Notes: generated by a model not told the origin, from the sequence alone. A stretch of 64,000 nt of DNA from Octopus sinensis (GCF_006345805.1 NC_043006.1:39246001-39310000), one strand, 5' to 3'; positions 25,796 to 38,231 are shown, counted from the stretch's first letter. Program-made: numbers and translations.

Positions 25796-26634
25796 AATAT
25801 GCAAACACCGGCTGTCAAGTGGTGTGGAAACAAACATAAAGACACAACGCACTCACATATTTTCCGTCTTCAACACACGCATGTATATATATGACGCACT
25901 TCTATACAGTTTCCACCAACCAAATTCCCTTACAAGGGACATTTTGGCTAGAATTTATAGTAGGAAACACTAGACCCAGGTACCATGCAGTGGAACTGAA
26001 CCTGAAACCACGTGATTGCAAAGCAGGCTTGTTAACCATACAGTCATGCTTGCGTCTAAAAGTATATTATGAGATACCCTTCCTTTTTTTTACGTAGTAT
26101 GAAGACTTGATCGCCATTTCTAGCAGCTTGGGCAACTAGTAGAAGCTACTTCATTACTGTTATGTATCCCGCATCTCAAACTTGACAGAACATGCGTACG
26201 GTAAAAAGGCATGCCGGCCATAACCTTCACGCCTAAGACACATCAATGACTAAATTATGAATTGCATCTTTAATGTCTTTGACCGTGAGTTTTGACATGA
26301 TGGAAATTTGGCTGCTAATTTTAGCCGGTCTAGCAACTTGCTAGGTGATCCCCTCCTTAGCTCAGAGTGAGAAATTCAAAACATTGGGGACTCTATACAA
26401 CAAACAGATGGGAAAACAACCGGATGGAGAATAAAAGAGACTTCCCGTGGATGTTGACCGATTGTGTTGTAAGTAGAGGGTAGTTCGGGAAGCTAAGCAG
26501 TCGATTAATTTGGCGGAGTTCGTTGTTTATAGAGATGCTAAATGCTTAAGCGAAGCGGAGATGAGAAAATGATAAAAAGGATAATATAATAAAAAAAAAG
26601 TATATATTATTCATTGCTTGATATGTCACAAACA

Positions 26635-27085
26635 AAACACACACACAAACATACATACATACATACATACATACATACATACATACATACATACATACAT
26701 ACACACATACATACATACATACATACATACATACAAACATACATACACACTTACATATATACATACATACATGCATACATATATGCATACATACATGCAT
26801 ACAGACATGCATACATATATGCATACATACATGCATACATACATGCATACATACACGCATACATGCATACATACATGCATACATACATACATGCATACAT
26901 ACATACATGTATACATACATACATGCATACATACATATATGCATATATACATACATGTATACATACATATATGCATATATACATACATGCATGCATACAT
27001 ACACACATACATACATACATACATACATACATACATACACACACCACACACGTATATATGTATATTTACACAAACACACACACAC
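26635..27085. repeat. (CATA)/(CATG) microsatellite
   Basis: About 450 bp. Confidence 0.95.
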
Positions 27086-27243
27086 ACACGACTGGCTTCT
27101 TTCAGTTTCGGTCTACAAATCTACTTACATGGCCTTTGTCGGCTTGAGGCCATAGTAGAAGACACTTGCCAAAGATGCCACGCAACGGGAATGAACCTGT
27201 AATGATGTGGTTGGGAAACAAGCTTCTTACCACACACCAATGC
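27085..27243 (-). mobile_element. SINE family B, 5' half
   Basis: Reverse complement of the family B head and body (agtagaagacacttgccaaagatgccacgca...). Confidence 0.75.
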
Positions 27244-27547
27244 CCATATATATATATATATATATATAATATATATATACATACATACATATATATATAC
27301 ATACATATATATATACATACATATATATATACATACATATATATATATATACATACATATATGTATACACACACATATATATATACATATATATACATAC
27401 ATATATATATATCTATATACATACATATATATACATACTTACCCATATATATATACAAACATGCATATATATACATGCATATATATATACAAACATATAT
27501 ATATATATGCATATATACATATATGTATATATACATATATAATATTA

Positions 27548-27599
<52 letters not shown>

Positions 27600-27681
27600 C
27601 ATATATATATACATATACATACATACATACATACATATATATATATGGGCAGGTCGGAGCAATCTCAAGATTAATCAGCCG

Positions 27682-27834
27682 AATTGTGAAGATGATCCGG
27701 TTCTTGACTGAAAATCGAAGGCTTCGTTTTTTTGTATCGTCTTCTAAATGTTTTGCGTTCTTGTCCCATTTGTGTTTTTTTACATTTACCTATATATATA
27801 TACACACAATACACACATATAATATATATATAAT

Positions 27835-27884
<50 letters not shown>

Positions 27885-28014
27885 GTATGTGTGTGTATAT
27901 TATATAGGTAAATGTAAAAAAACACAAACTGGGACAAGAACGCAAAACATTTAGAAGACGATACAAAAACGAAGCCTTCGATTTTCAGTCAAGAACCGGA
28001 TCATCTTCACAATT
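27682..28014. repeat. Inverted repeat (about 115-bp arms) around a (TA)n spacer
   Basis: 27682-27796 is the reverse complement of 27901-28014 apart from two 1-nt indels. Confidence 0.92.
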
Positions 28015-28019
28015 ATATA

Positions 28020-28070
<51 letters not shown>

Positions 28071-28072
28071 AT

Positions 28073-28222
28073 AGTGTACATTTAACACATAAGAGTTATC
28101 CGTCATAGAAATGCTGGCAGGCTAGAAGGAACAGCCAAAGAAAGTCCAAACCACTTTGGCTGTTCCTTCTAGCGTGCCAGGATTCCTGTGACGGATAGCT
28201 CTAACATGTTTAAATGTACACT
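28073..28222. other. Long imperfect fold-back hairpin (about 68-bp stem, 13-nt loop)
   Basis: Inner 20 bp are perfect (gctagaaggaacagccaaag / ctttggctgttccttctagc). The outer stem continues with wobbles and mismatches to agtgtaca/tgtacact. Confidence 0.85.
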
Positions 28223-28379
28223 GCATTTATATGAATAATATAGTGTATTGACTAATTTTTCTACACGCTAGGCCACTGGTAGTAAAAATTTCTAAAATCA
28301 TTATTACCCTAATATTATTAATTATATATATATTTATATACACACACACATACACACATATATATATATATATATATAT

Positions 28380-28446
<67 letters not shown>

Positions 28447-28789
28447 TAGATACATAGATAGATATGTATGCATTTATTCATGTATGTATGTACAGTTACA
28501 TACACATAAGTAAATAATTTCACGATTTCCGAAAATAAACGCATAAAATATTCAATCTTCCCAGAAGAATTCCACTTTTACAAAGTCAGGAAATGTCGTT
28601 ATTTATGTATATTTATTTATTAGATTTAATTCCAATATTTAACTAAATTTATATCCTCAGTGTTTCATTTACAATTCATTTTATTACACTTGCAGCTCCG
28701 CTAAGTTTTCTAAACCCACGTAACGTATATTCCCTGATGAGTTCGGATCTAGTCGCATCCACTTCTAGATTCCCTTGAGTCAATTCTTT

Positions 28790-29170
28790 CACTGCACCAC
28801 ATTCCATTTCCTTTCGACTCTCCTTCTTCTTCTTCCAGTTCTTCCATTTTTTCCTTCTTCTACACATCCTCTTCTTTTTCTTCTCTTTCTCGTCCCGCTC
28901 CTCTTTCTCTTCTTCTTTGCCTTCTCCTTCTCCTCCCATCCTCCACCTCCTCTTTTCCTCTTCCGCCTCGTCCCCTCCTCTTTCTCTTCTCCTCCTCCCT
29001 CTCTTTCCCTTCTCCGTCTTCTTTTACTTCTCTTTCTCCTCCTTCTCGTCACGCTCCTCTTTCTCTTCTTCTTCGCCTTCTCCTCCCCCTCTTCTCTTCC
29101 GGCTCATCCCCCTTCTTTCTCGTCTTCCTATTCTTCTTCTTCTTCTTCTTCTTCTTCTTCTTCTGTTTCT

Positions 29171-29202
<32 letters not shown>

Positions 29203-29310
29203 TTCTTCTTCTTCTTCTTCTTCTTCGTCTTCTTATTTTCCTTTCGTTCTCTCTCCATCTTTTCCTCCATTTTCATACTTTACTACTACTACTACTACTA
29301 CTACAACTTT
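28790..29310. repeat. CT-rich polypyrimidine tract with (CTT)n, followed by (CTA)n
   Basis: Direct inspection. Confidence 0.9.
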
Positions 29311-30329
29311 TATTATTATTATCGCTATATTTCTTTGCCAGCACTAATTCAAACTTTCTAACAGAGTCAGTGGCACAATCTTACGAAGTAAGTTGGCTCT
29401 TCTCTCCAGCGTTCGTCTCTGAATTTTTTCGTTTTCTTAAAATATATCTTTTATATATCGTTACACCCTCCACACAGCACACACACATATATATATATTT
29501 ATATATATATGTATTTATGCACGTACGCATGTTTCTAAACTTAAATTTATTTGTCACTTGCAGATTTTAGAGCGAGGGACGCCCTGGAGGTTTGTTTTCT
29601 GCACAAAGAAGAAAAATCAAAACAGGAAAACCACCCAAAATATGAATATAACATATACACAGTCGTCCTCACAGACAGAATTTGGCCAGAGGCATACAAA
29701 CTTATAAATATCGTTAAAAAACTTGTATATGTAATAGTTTTTACAAGGTTACACATACTAACTAGTAGTACTCTTGAACCATCTAACATACATACTTGCA
29801 TACAAACATACTTGCGTACATCTATCTATCCATCCATCCATATACATGTAATATTAGCAGAAAGACCGCCCTCCGGGCGGTTTCCTGCTAGCCCCTTGAT
29901 AATATTTTCACATTTCATTCCCATTTCTAATTATTTTTTTTATTTTACGTCTAATTATTTCTTTGTATAATAGTGCTCACTTGCTTAGTAAATATTGCTT
30001 TCGCTATTATGTCACAGTCATAATCTCTCTTTTAAACAAACATCACAGTAGTCCAAACAACAGAGAAGCAGTTTGTCAGGCTTTACCATCCCCTCAAAGC
30101 AACATAGAGGTTTCAGTTCAGCTGCCCATCTGTAAGATTTGCAGTGTGTATGCGTGAGAAAGAGAAAGAGAACATTGCAAACAATGAATGAAATAAATAT
30201 GAAACGAAGAAATCGTATAAATAAAAGGCCATTACTACAGATGTATACGTCCCCGACTTTGTTGCCTCATAACATCCAGAAAAATCGGAGAGTGACACTA
30301 TTTCAAGGGACTAATTGTTAAATTTCTCA

Positions 30330-30960
30330 AAGGATTCAAATGAAAGATCTGCGATAAGCGTGGTACCATAGTCCAGTCAATCTCTAGCCAGATGGGCAGC
30401 ACAGTTTATCTTCAACAGAACGAACCTGCAACTAAGAAAAAGGTGACGCAAGACCAAAATGGATTCAGAACAGATAATGGTGGCATTGTTCAGATCCTTA
30501 CACTGAGAAACATCGTGGAACAGAAATTTAGGTCCTCTTTGTACATGAATGTTACCGCCTTGTATATCAGTTTCATAGAATTTAGAATGACTTTTGATAG
30601 TGTGCTCCGGGATAGTCCCTGAAAGATCTTATAGTTATTTGGAATTCGTCAACCTATAAATAGGGTGATCGTCACCCTATCCGAATGAAGTGTAACCCTT
30701 GATAAAACATTCGCTGAATGGTTTTCGGTGGAGTCTCGTGTATGACAGAGACGTATACTCTCATCCATTCTTATTTAAGTTATCTTAAATTTGACAGATG
30801 AGACAATCCCAAGAGCACCCAGTGGACACGTGCTTATTCTCCCCATTTAGAAAATCTTGACTGCGTGGATGATCTGACAGCCCTCTCCTAAAAGTGAGAT
30901 CAACTACAGAAAATAATTGATAGGTTTAACAATAATGCTAAACAGACAGGTCTTAACATC
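30330..30960 (+). mobile_element. Degenerate RTE-clade LINE reverse transcriptase fragment
   Basis: QNGFRTDNGGIVQILTLRNIVEQ...YISFIEFRMTFDSV, then decayed WFSVESRV.QRRILS and LENLDCVDDLTALS (YADD-equivalent). Many stops and frameshifts. Confidence 0.75.
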
Positions 30961-31984
30961 CATGTAAATACGTACTGACATGTAATTAATCTGGTACTTT
31001 ATCATTTCTCATCGATCCACTTGTATTATCACATAACAGCAACAAAAATAATTTCTTTCATTCACGCAAGGGAGACAAATCTATGAAGTAATATTCAAGC
31101 AGAAAATAAATCTAGTAAAGCGAAGATTTTTCTCCTGAGAATGTTGAACCTCATATATAGAAACCTTCGTTGTTGACATAGAAAACATGTCAGTTTTACC
31201 TATTTCTCTGTGGACTGAGCGAAAAGTGATGGGCAACGTTATAACAATCAGAATTCAAGGAGTCATGTGACTAGCCGCGTCAGCAAAATTTAAAAGTGCG
31301 TATTTAATTGTGCTTAAGTCATACGATTTTATAATATATTTTAACTGACAAACCTGGGAGGCGACTTAGTTACAGGGGGAACATAAAAAGAGGAAGGGAA
31401 GAAATTTTATTCCAAGATTTAATACTAAATTAAGAGTTAGTCATATACACGGGTAAATACAGTACTAGTAGAAATATAAAACTTTTTAAGCTGGTAGACT
31501 GTTTCAAAGGGAAGTCACTTACGATTCGGACAAAAGTAATTCTTTAGGATTTGTTCAGAGTGAGAAATTTGCCCAAGTTAATTTTACTTTTATGCTAAAG
31601 TATGGAATCATAAATTTGTGCTGTTGTTGCTGTTTTGCTCCAAAACAGCCTTAATGGAGCAGCCCTGGGCTCAAAGACCTTCCATTTGTAACCTTCCTGT
31701 CTTTTATTCAGATAAGCAATTCCTAAGATTCCATTATTCATCGCCTTTTTTTTTTTTACAAGAGATAAATTATATAAATGAAAGAAAAGGGTGTGGTTTA
31801 AGGCAAATCTAGTTGCTATTTCTAGCAGATCGATTTCCGTATAGGAGCATACATGTTTTTCACTTTATATGTGAATACGTGTGCGTGTAGGTGTGTATGT
31901 TTGTATGTGTGTGTGTATATATGTGTGCGAGTGAGTTTGTGCACGTCCATAGCCCTGCGTATGCTATATATATATATATATATA

Positions 31985-32039
<55 letters not shown>

Positions 32040-32588
32040 TGTGTAAGCATTGGGCGTCTCTATGTAATGTAGGTGCGTTTATATGCAGTTCGGTGCTCAC
32101 GTTTTGTTCTCTGCGTGTTTTGTGTAGGCGACCGTTTGTCTGTACGTCATTTCAAATATACATAAAATTATAGAAACGCGAGTTTCTCTTTCGATGTTTC
32201 CATTGAATACGTTTGCTAAACCAAAGAAAGGAATGGTCATTAAAACATTGCATTATCCGATCTCCCAATAGTAGGAGGAGATCTGTCCCAGCCAATGAAA
32301 TCAATAAAACAAAACTAAAAAAAAAAAAAATAATCCAAACGTCGCGGAAGAGTACAATTATGTTGGCGTCTAATTAAATCCGTTGTTTCTTGTCGATTCC
32401 CAGCTCAAGCATGAAGCTCGGACATGGCTGTATAGGTAAAAAGGTCACTTCGCAAACACGTAGTTTGGGGTTCGATTCAACTGCGCTGCAATTTGTTTTC
32501 TTCTATAACCTTATTTTCATCATTACCTTGTGTACGGGAATTAGATATACTTACATATATTACATGCATTATATACATACGTATGTCT

Positions 32589-32815
32589 AGACGGCGAGCT
32601 GACAGAAAGGTTAGCACGCCGGGCGAAATGCGTAGCCGTTATCTCGTCTGTCGTTACGTTCTGAGTTCAAATTCCGCCGAGGTCGACTTTGCCTTTCATC
32701 CTTTCGGGGTTGATAAATAAAGTACCAGTTTCGCACTGGGGTCGATGTAATCGACTTAATCACTTTGTCTGCCCTTGTTTGTCCCCTCTATGTTTAGCCC
32801 CTTGTGGGCAGTAAA
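32589..32815 (+). mobile_element. SINE family A, best-preserved copy
   Basis: gacggcgagctgacagaaaggttagcacgccgggcgaaatgc...gttctgagttcaaattccgccgaggtcgactttgcctttcatcctttcgggg...tttagccccttgtgggc. Confidence 0.9.
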
Positions 32816-32894
32816 GTAATATATATATATACATACGTATGTATGTATGTATGTAATTATGTGTGTGTGTATATGTATATATGTTTATTTATGT

Positions 32895-33230
32895 AAGCAT
32901 AACGGACTGGATATTGTTCTTTAGGATAACAAGTAAAAGAATGTACCATCACAGAGGTCAGCTGTCCAGCCGATACGAATATTTCTTTGAAAACCAACGA
33001 GAATGAAGATAACTATAGACAACTGCTTTGAAATCTCCAGCTTCTACATACAGTTTACAAATTTACATTTATACCAAAATCGGTGCACTTGGATTCGTGA
33101 GGAAATGCCCAACTGGCAGTCTGAGTAAGCTTGGATTTTTTAACTCTACATTACAAATACAATCTGTAAGTACGACTTTAAAAATATGTAAGACTTTTCT
33201 GAAGTTTAAAATGTGACATCGTTTTTCGTT
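32895..33230 (+). mobile_element. RLE non-LTR retrotransposon (CATA-associated family), endonuclease C-terminus, copy 1
   Basis: Frameshifted HN..DIV...EVSCPADTNISLKTNENEDNYRQLL.NLQLLHTVYKFTFIP..GALGFVRKC...LQIQSVSTTLKICKTFLKF. Confidence 0.7.
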
Positions 33231-33289
33231 ATTCACATTCCAACGAAGTAGCTTGATATCTTTGTTCGAAACCATTTCCTTCCTAAATG

Positions 33290-33665
33290 GAAGAATTTAA
33301 ATAATTGAAAACAGAAGAAAAGTCTTACATAAGTTTCACTGTTCTGCTTATAGGTTATATTTCTAACGAGCAAGTTAGTTGGTTGACTTCTATTTCTGAA
33401 AATTCTAGCTTATCCAGGTTATCACTAAGGCTTTTACTCACAAAACCAAACGCACCAATTATTGCTGGTATAAATGTGAAATTATAATGTGGAGCTGAAG
33501 GTTTCAAAGCAGTTCTCCATAGTTATCCTCATTCTCTTTGATTTTCAAAGAGATATTCACATCAGCTGGACAGCTCACCTCTATGGTGGCATGTACTTTC
33601 TCTTGTCCGTCTCAAACAATGCTATCTGGCTTGTTATGTTTACACTTGACAGAGGTTTCACGTAC
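33290..33665 (-). mobile_element. Same RLE family, copy 2
   Basis: ETSVKCKHNKPDSIV.DGQEKVHATIEVSCPADVNISLKIKENEDNYGELL.NLQ...FTFIPAIIGAFGFVSK, a PD-(D/E)xK-type motif. Confidence 0.75.
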
Positions 33666-33732
33666 GCATGTATGTGTGTGGATGCCTGTATGTCTGTCTG
33701 TCTGTCTGTCTGTCTGTATGTATGTATGCATG

Positions 33733-34285
33733 TCATTATTCAGTTTATTTCAAGATTTCTTGTCAATAGAGAAAGAACCAGTTTCTAATCTAGATCCAAG
33801 GCTCCTTCACTGGAATTTCAACATCAACAACAGGGTATATTTGTATGTATGTATGTATGTATGTATGTATGTATGTATGTATGTATGTATGTATGCATGC
33901 ATGCATGTATGTATGTATGTATGTATTATGTATGAATGTATGTATTATGCATGTATGTATATGTGCAGATTTGTATGTTTTGCTTTATGTATGTATTCTC
34001 ATACATATAGTCGCATACCTAGCCATGCTCATATATATTTAAATGATAAACTTCTAGAAAGTTTTACATATTTTTCCAGTTCCAGTGATGGATTGGATCT
34101 GTAGTCTTCGAATCAGCTTTCTCCTTCCTGGTTTGAGAAGTCTAATTTCTCAAGATTGGTATTTAGGCAGTATGTTACATATCCTAGGGTCCCAATAATT
34201 ACTGGTATAGACATGAACTTGTAATCTGTATAGAATAACTGCTCATTCCTCAACAGTTCAGCGTAGATCTTATTTTGTGAATAAA
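33733..34285 (-). mobile_element. Same RLE family, copy 3 with 3' UTR
   Basis: YAELLRNEQLFYTDYKFMSIPVIIGTLGYVTYCLNTNLEKLDFS...RRLQIQS. The 3' UTR has an internal (CATA)n and ends gaaataaactgaataatga directly into (CATA)n. Confidence 0.75.
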
Positions 34286-34339
34286 TAATACAATATTACA
34301 TAAGCATTTTATAATGTTTCTTTCTTTTCTGGAAACTCG

Positions 34340-34407
34340 CCGCGTACTGGCAGCTGATGGCTCGCGGACCGGCACTGGTCCACAGACCACGACTATGAGT
34401 AGCACTG
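34340..34407 (-). mobile_element. hAT-Charlie-like terminus
   Basis: Minus-strand cagtgctactcatagtcgtggtctgtggaccagtgccggtccgcgagcc, preceded by cctagag. Resembles Charlie-type ends and their CTAG-centred target preference. Confidence 0.45.
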
Positions 34408-34449
34408 CTCTAGGCAATATATGTATGTATGTAACGATGTATGTATGTA

Positions 34450-36113
34450 TAGTCGTGGCAAGGATTTGGGCAAAAACGTTATTTTGCGCCAAAAATATAT
34501 ATGTCTATCTAAGGCAAGAGGTTGATTTGTTTGAGCGCGTACGAGCATATTAACGAAGAATAACATACTTGAACCATATGAACAATAACGAGATGTGACA
34601 CACAGTTTTTTATCTTCCTATAAATATTTTCAGTGGTAAGCCCTATTTTTCGAGACGTCCACGATTCGTTTAGTTATGCTGGAAACCAATAGTTGAACCA
34701 GTTCTATGTTTACGAGAGCTTTCAACTGTTCAATATTTGTTGGCTTTTCAGTAAACTCGGATTTTAAGGATTGACTACAAATTTTCAATAAGATTTAAAT
34801 CTGGAAAATTTCCCTGCCAAGTCTGCAAAATTTCAATACCTTTGTCTCCAAGATAATATTTAATCGTTTTAGCAGTGTGGAAAATGCAAGTTTCTTCGTC
34901 AAACTGCTTCTCCGTGGTTGGAAGATGGTTTTCAAGGATATTTTGGTACCATGTGGAATACATAGAAGTGTTTTACGGCAAAACTAACAGCGATTCAACG
35001 CCCTTGGATGAAAAGCAACTCCACACATGAATGGCTTGCGGATGCTTGACCATGGGCAAGATACAGGCCTCATCATAGCGTTCACCTTGTCGCCCTCTGA
35101 CGAGCCCTTTTCCAGATGTCCCAAACAACTGAAATGGTGCTTCATCAGAAAAAATTTCTTTGTCCCATTGTTCAATGGAACAATTTTTATATTTTCTGCA
35201 AAAGTCAAGCCTGTCATTCGAGTTTTTCTTGGAAAAAAAGGTTTCTTTGCAGCACTCCGTGAAGAGAGACCATTGTCAAGAAGTCCTCGTCGAACGGTCC
35301 GAGCTGAAGCGTTGACACCGGCTGGATGGATGGAAGCACTCCGTCGGTTACGACGACGAGGGTTCCGGTTGATCCGAATCAACGGAACAGCCTGCTCGTG
35401 AAATTAACGTGTAAGTGGCTGAGCACTCCACAGACACGTGTACCCTTAACGTAGTTCTCGGGGATATTCAGCGTGACACAGAGAGTGACAAGGCCGGCCC
35501 TTTGAAATACAAGGTACAACAGAAACAAGAAGTAAGAGTGAGAGAAAGTTGTGGTGAAAGAGTACAGCAGGGATCACCACCATCCCCTGCCGGAGCCTCG
35601 TGGAGCTTTAGGTGTTTTCGCTCAATAAACACTCACAATGCCCGGTCTGGGTATCGAAACCGCGATCCTATGACCCCGAGTCCGCTGCCCTAACCACTGG
35701 GCCATTGCGCCTCCACTTTTAGTAACAATATCGTGTGTTGTTAGGCCATTTTGTTAAAAAAGAAATTATTGACTGACGTTTTTCTTGTGCCAATACCATC
35801 CCCGCAATAAAAGAAAATCAAATTTGAAGGAGCATTCATTAATTAAAAATCAGTCATAATAGGCTCACGACATCATACATAACTTTACTTGCTGTTCTGG
35901 TTATTAATTATTAGCTTGCATGCGATTCCAACTTGAAACCATGAAGAGGAATATGATTTCCACATGTAGGAAATATAACCAATTCCGCAAACTGATGATT
36001 ATTTGCAATATTTATAGGTTTTCAACAGTTTTTAACAAACACATATTTCACACGAAATAGCAAAAAGAAAAGAAAAGAAAAAAGCTGTATGCCAAAATCA
36101 TTGGCCATGACTA
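34450..36113 (-). mobile_element. Degenerate Tc1-family transposon interrupted by a SINE
   Basis: TIR-like ends tagtcgtggcaaggatttgggca / tgccaaaatcattggccatgacta within (TATG)n. Transposase fragments MVLAQEKRQSIIS, SARTVRRGLLDNGLSSRSAAKKPF and WQGNFPDLNLIENL. Confidence 0.8.
35348..35716 (-). mobile_element. tRNA-derived SINE (family D head + tail X)
   Basis: Minus-strand ggcgcaatggcccagtggttagggcagcggactc...ggtttcgataccc head; the tail is shared with 24455-24755; ends (TCG)n. Confidence 0.85.
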
Positions 36114-36151
36114 TGTATGTATGTATGTATGTATGTATGTATGTATGTATG
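36112..36151. repeat. (TATG)n microsatellite
   Basis: Lies between the Tc1 end and the 3' end of RLE copy 4. Confidence 0.9.
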
Positions 36152-36262
36152 TCATTATTCAGTTTATTTCAAAATTTCTTTCCAATAGAGACAGAACCGG
36201 TTTCTAAACTAGATCCAAGGCGCCTTCATTGGAATTTCAACATCAACAACAGCGTATTTTTG

Positions 36263-36296
<34 letters not shown>

Positions 36297-36930
36297 TGTA
36301 TGTATATAAGTATGTATGTATGTATTTATGTGCAGATTTGAATGTTTTATGCATGTATTCTCATACACATAGTTGCACATCTAGACATGCTCATATATAT
36401 TCAAATGATAAACTTCTGAAAAGTTTTACAGATTTTTACAGTTCCAGTGATGGACTGGATCTTCGAATTAGTTTTCTCCTTTTTGGTTTTGAGAAGCCTA
36501 ATTTCTCAAGAGTGGTATTTAGGCAGCGTGTTACATATCCCAAGGCTCCAATAATTACAGGTATAAATCCGAATTTGTAATCTGGACAGAGTAAGTGCAG
36601 ATTTATTTATAGTGTTCAGCAAATTTCTTAATAGTTCAGCAGATTGCTTAATAAAGCAGGTTTCTTAATAGTTCATTCTGTTTTTCACTGATCTTCAGCT
36701 TTATGTTAACATCCGCTGGGCAGCAAATTTGCACAAATGTGCACTCTTTCTCTACACTATCCCATATCATTATATCAGGGATGTTGTCCTTACATTTTAT
36801 TGAGATCTTCACTGGCACATTCCACCATTACTCCTTCTTATTATGAATGACTATAGCTTCTACCATGTTATGGGTTCTTATTTGTTTGTCCTCGAGATTA
36901 TCCTTCCAACGGATTTTATTATAGAGTTTC
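36152..36930 (-). mobile_element. Same RLE family, copy 4 (longest)
   Basis: KLYNKIRWKDNLEDKQIR...WWNVPVKISIKCKDNIPDIMIWDSVEKECTFVQICCPADVNIKLKISEK...KFGFIPVIIGALGYVTRCLNTTLEKLGFSKPKR. The 3' UTR matches copy 3; both ends abut (CATA)n. Confidence 0.8.
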
Positions 36931-37730
36931 GTATGTATGTATGTATGTATGTATGTATGTATGTATGTATGTATGTATGTATGTATGTATGTATGTATGC
37001 ATGCATACATTGTTTAGAGAGTGAGACTAACTTAGTGTAAGGTTTGCTTCACCTTAAAAGGCTGCTGGCACAGGACTCGTTAGACTTTTAACATCTTACT
37101 TATGAGCAACATTCTATGGCTGGGCACCACCGAGAAAGACAAAATATTCAATTAAAAATTCTTTGATGAAGTGAAAGCACGAGTCCGTGTGTGTGTGGCG
37201 TAAGGTCTTTGAACACTTGCTGCAAGAGGCACCCATCATTGCCACTTCTTAGAAAAGAATTTAGGTCCCTAGCACATCTGTGCTGTGTATGTTAAGGGAG
37301 TGATCACGTGCTAGCAATACCCGAAATGAAATGGCAGCCATTATCTACGTTTGAATGTATGTATGTATGTATGTATGTATGTATGTATGTATGTATGTAT
37401 GTATGTATGTATGTGCGTGTGTACGTGTACATGTTTGCATCCATGATTGTATGTATTTAAGTTTGTATGTATGTGTACGTTGTATATGTGCGTACGCAAA
37501 GCATATCTCTGTTTGCATGACTGCATGTATGTATGTATGTATGTATGTATGTATGTATGTATGTATGTATGTATGTATGTATGTATGTTTGTCTGTCTAT
37601 CTGTATGTATGTATGTATGTATGCATGTATGTATGTATGTATGTATGTATGTATGTATGTATGTATGTATGTATGTATGTATGTGTGTATGTATCTTTGT
37701 ACGCATGTATGCATGTTTGAATGTATATGT
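36931..37730. repeat. Two (TATG)n microsatellite blocks (36931-37008, 37355-37730)
   Basis: Direct inspection. Confidence 0.9.
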
Positions 37731-37929
37731 GTATGTGCGAGAGTATATGAGCACCGTGTAAGTGTGTTCGTGTATGTACGTATGTGTATGCGTTTACCCC
37801 GTGCATGCATAGGCCAGACGTTTGTGCGAATGCCATGTGGACATGACGTAGCGTGATGTTGTCATAAGTGCTGTACGAACGAAAGTAAAGTAACATTAAC
37901 GCGCTCGTCTGAACGTATACATACTTACA

Positions 37930-37957
37930 TGCACACACATGTATATAATATATATAT

Positions 37958-38025
<68 letters not shown>

Positions 38026-38046
38026 ATATATATGTATATATATATA

Positions 38047-38080
<34 letters not shown>

Positions 38081-38128
38081 GAATATATGTATATGTATAT
38101 AGGGGTATATATATATATATATATATAC

Positions 38129-38166
<38 letters not shown>

Positions 38167-38180
38167 GTGTGTGTGTATAC

Positions 38181-38231
<51 letters not shown>

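Noticed and set aside
27685-27730. Hammerhead within the inverted-repeat arm (gtgaagatgat...atcgaag)
   Set aside because: Several core mismatches, no UH site and no stem I.
36185-36245. Hammerhead in the 3' UTR of the CATA-associated RLE element (minus strand ...GAAAccggTT)
   Set aside because: GAAA plus a palindromic spacer is present, but the upstream segment (ttccaatgaagg) does not match CUGANGA and stem I is unconvincing.
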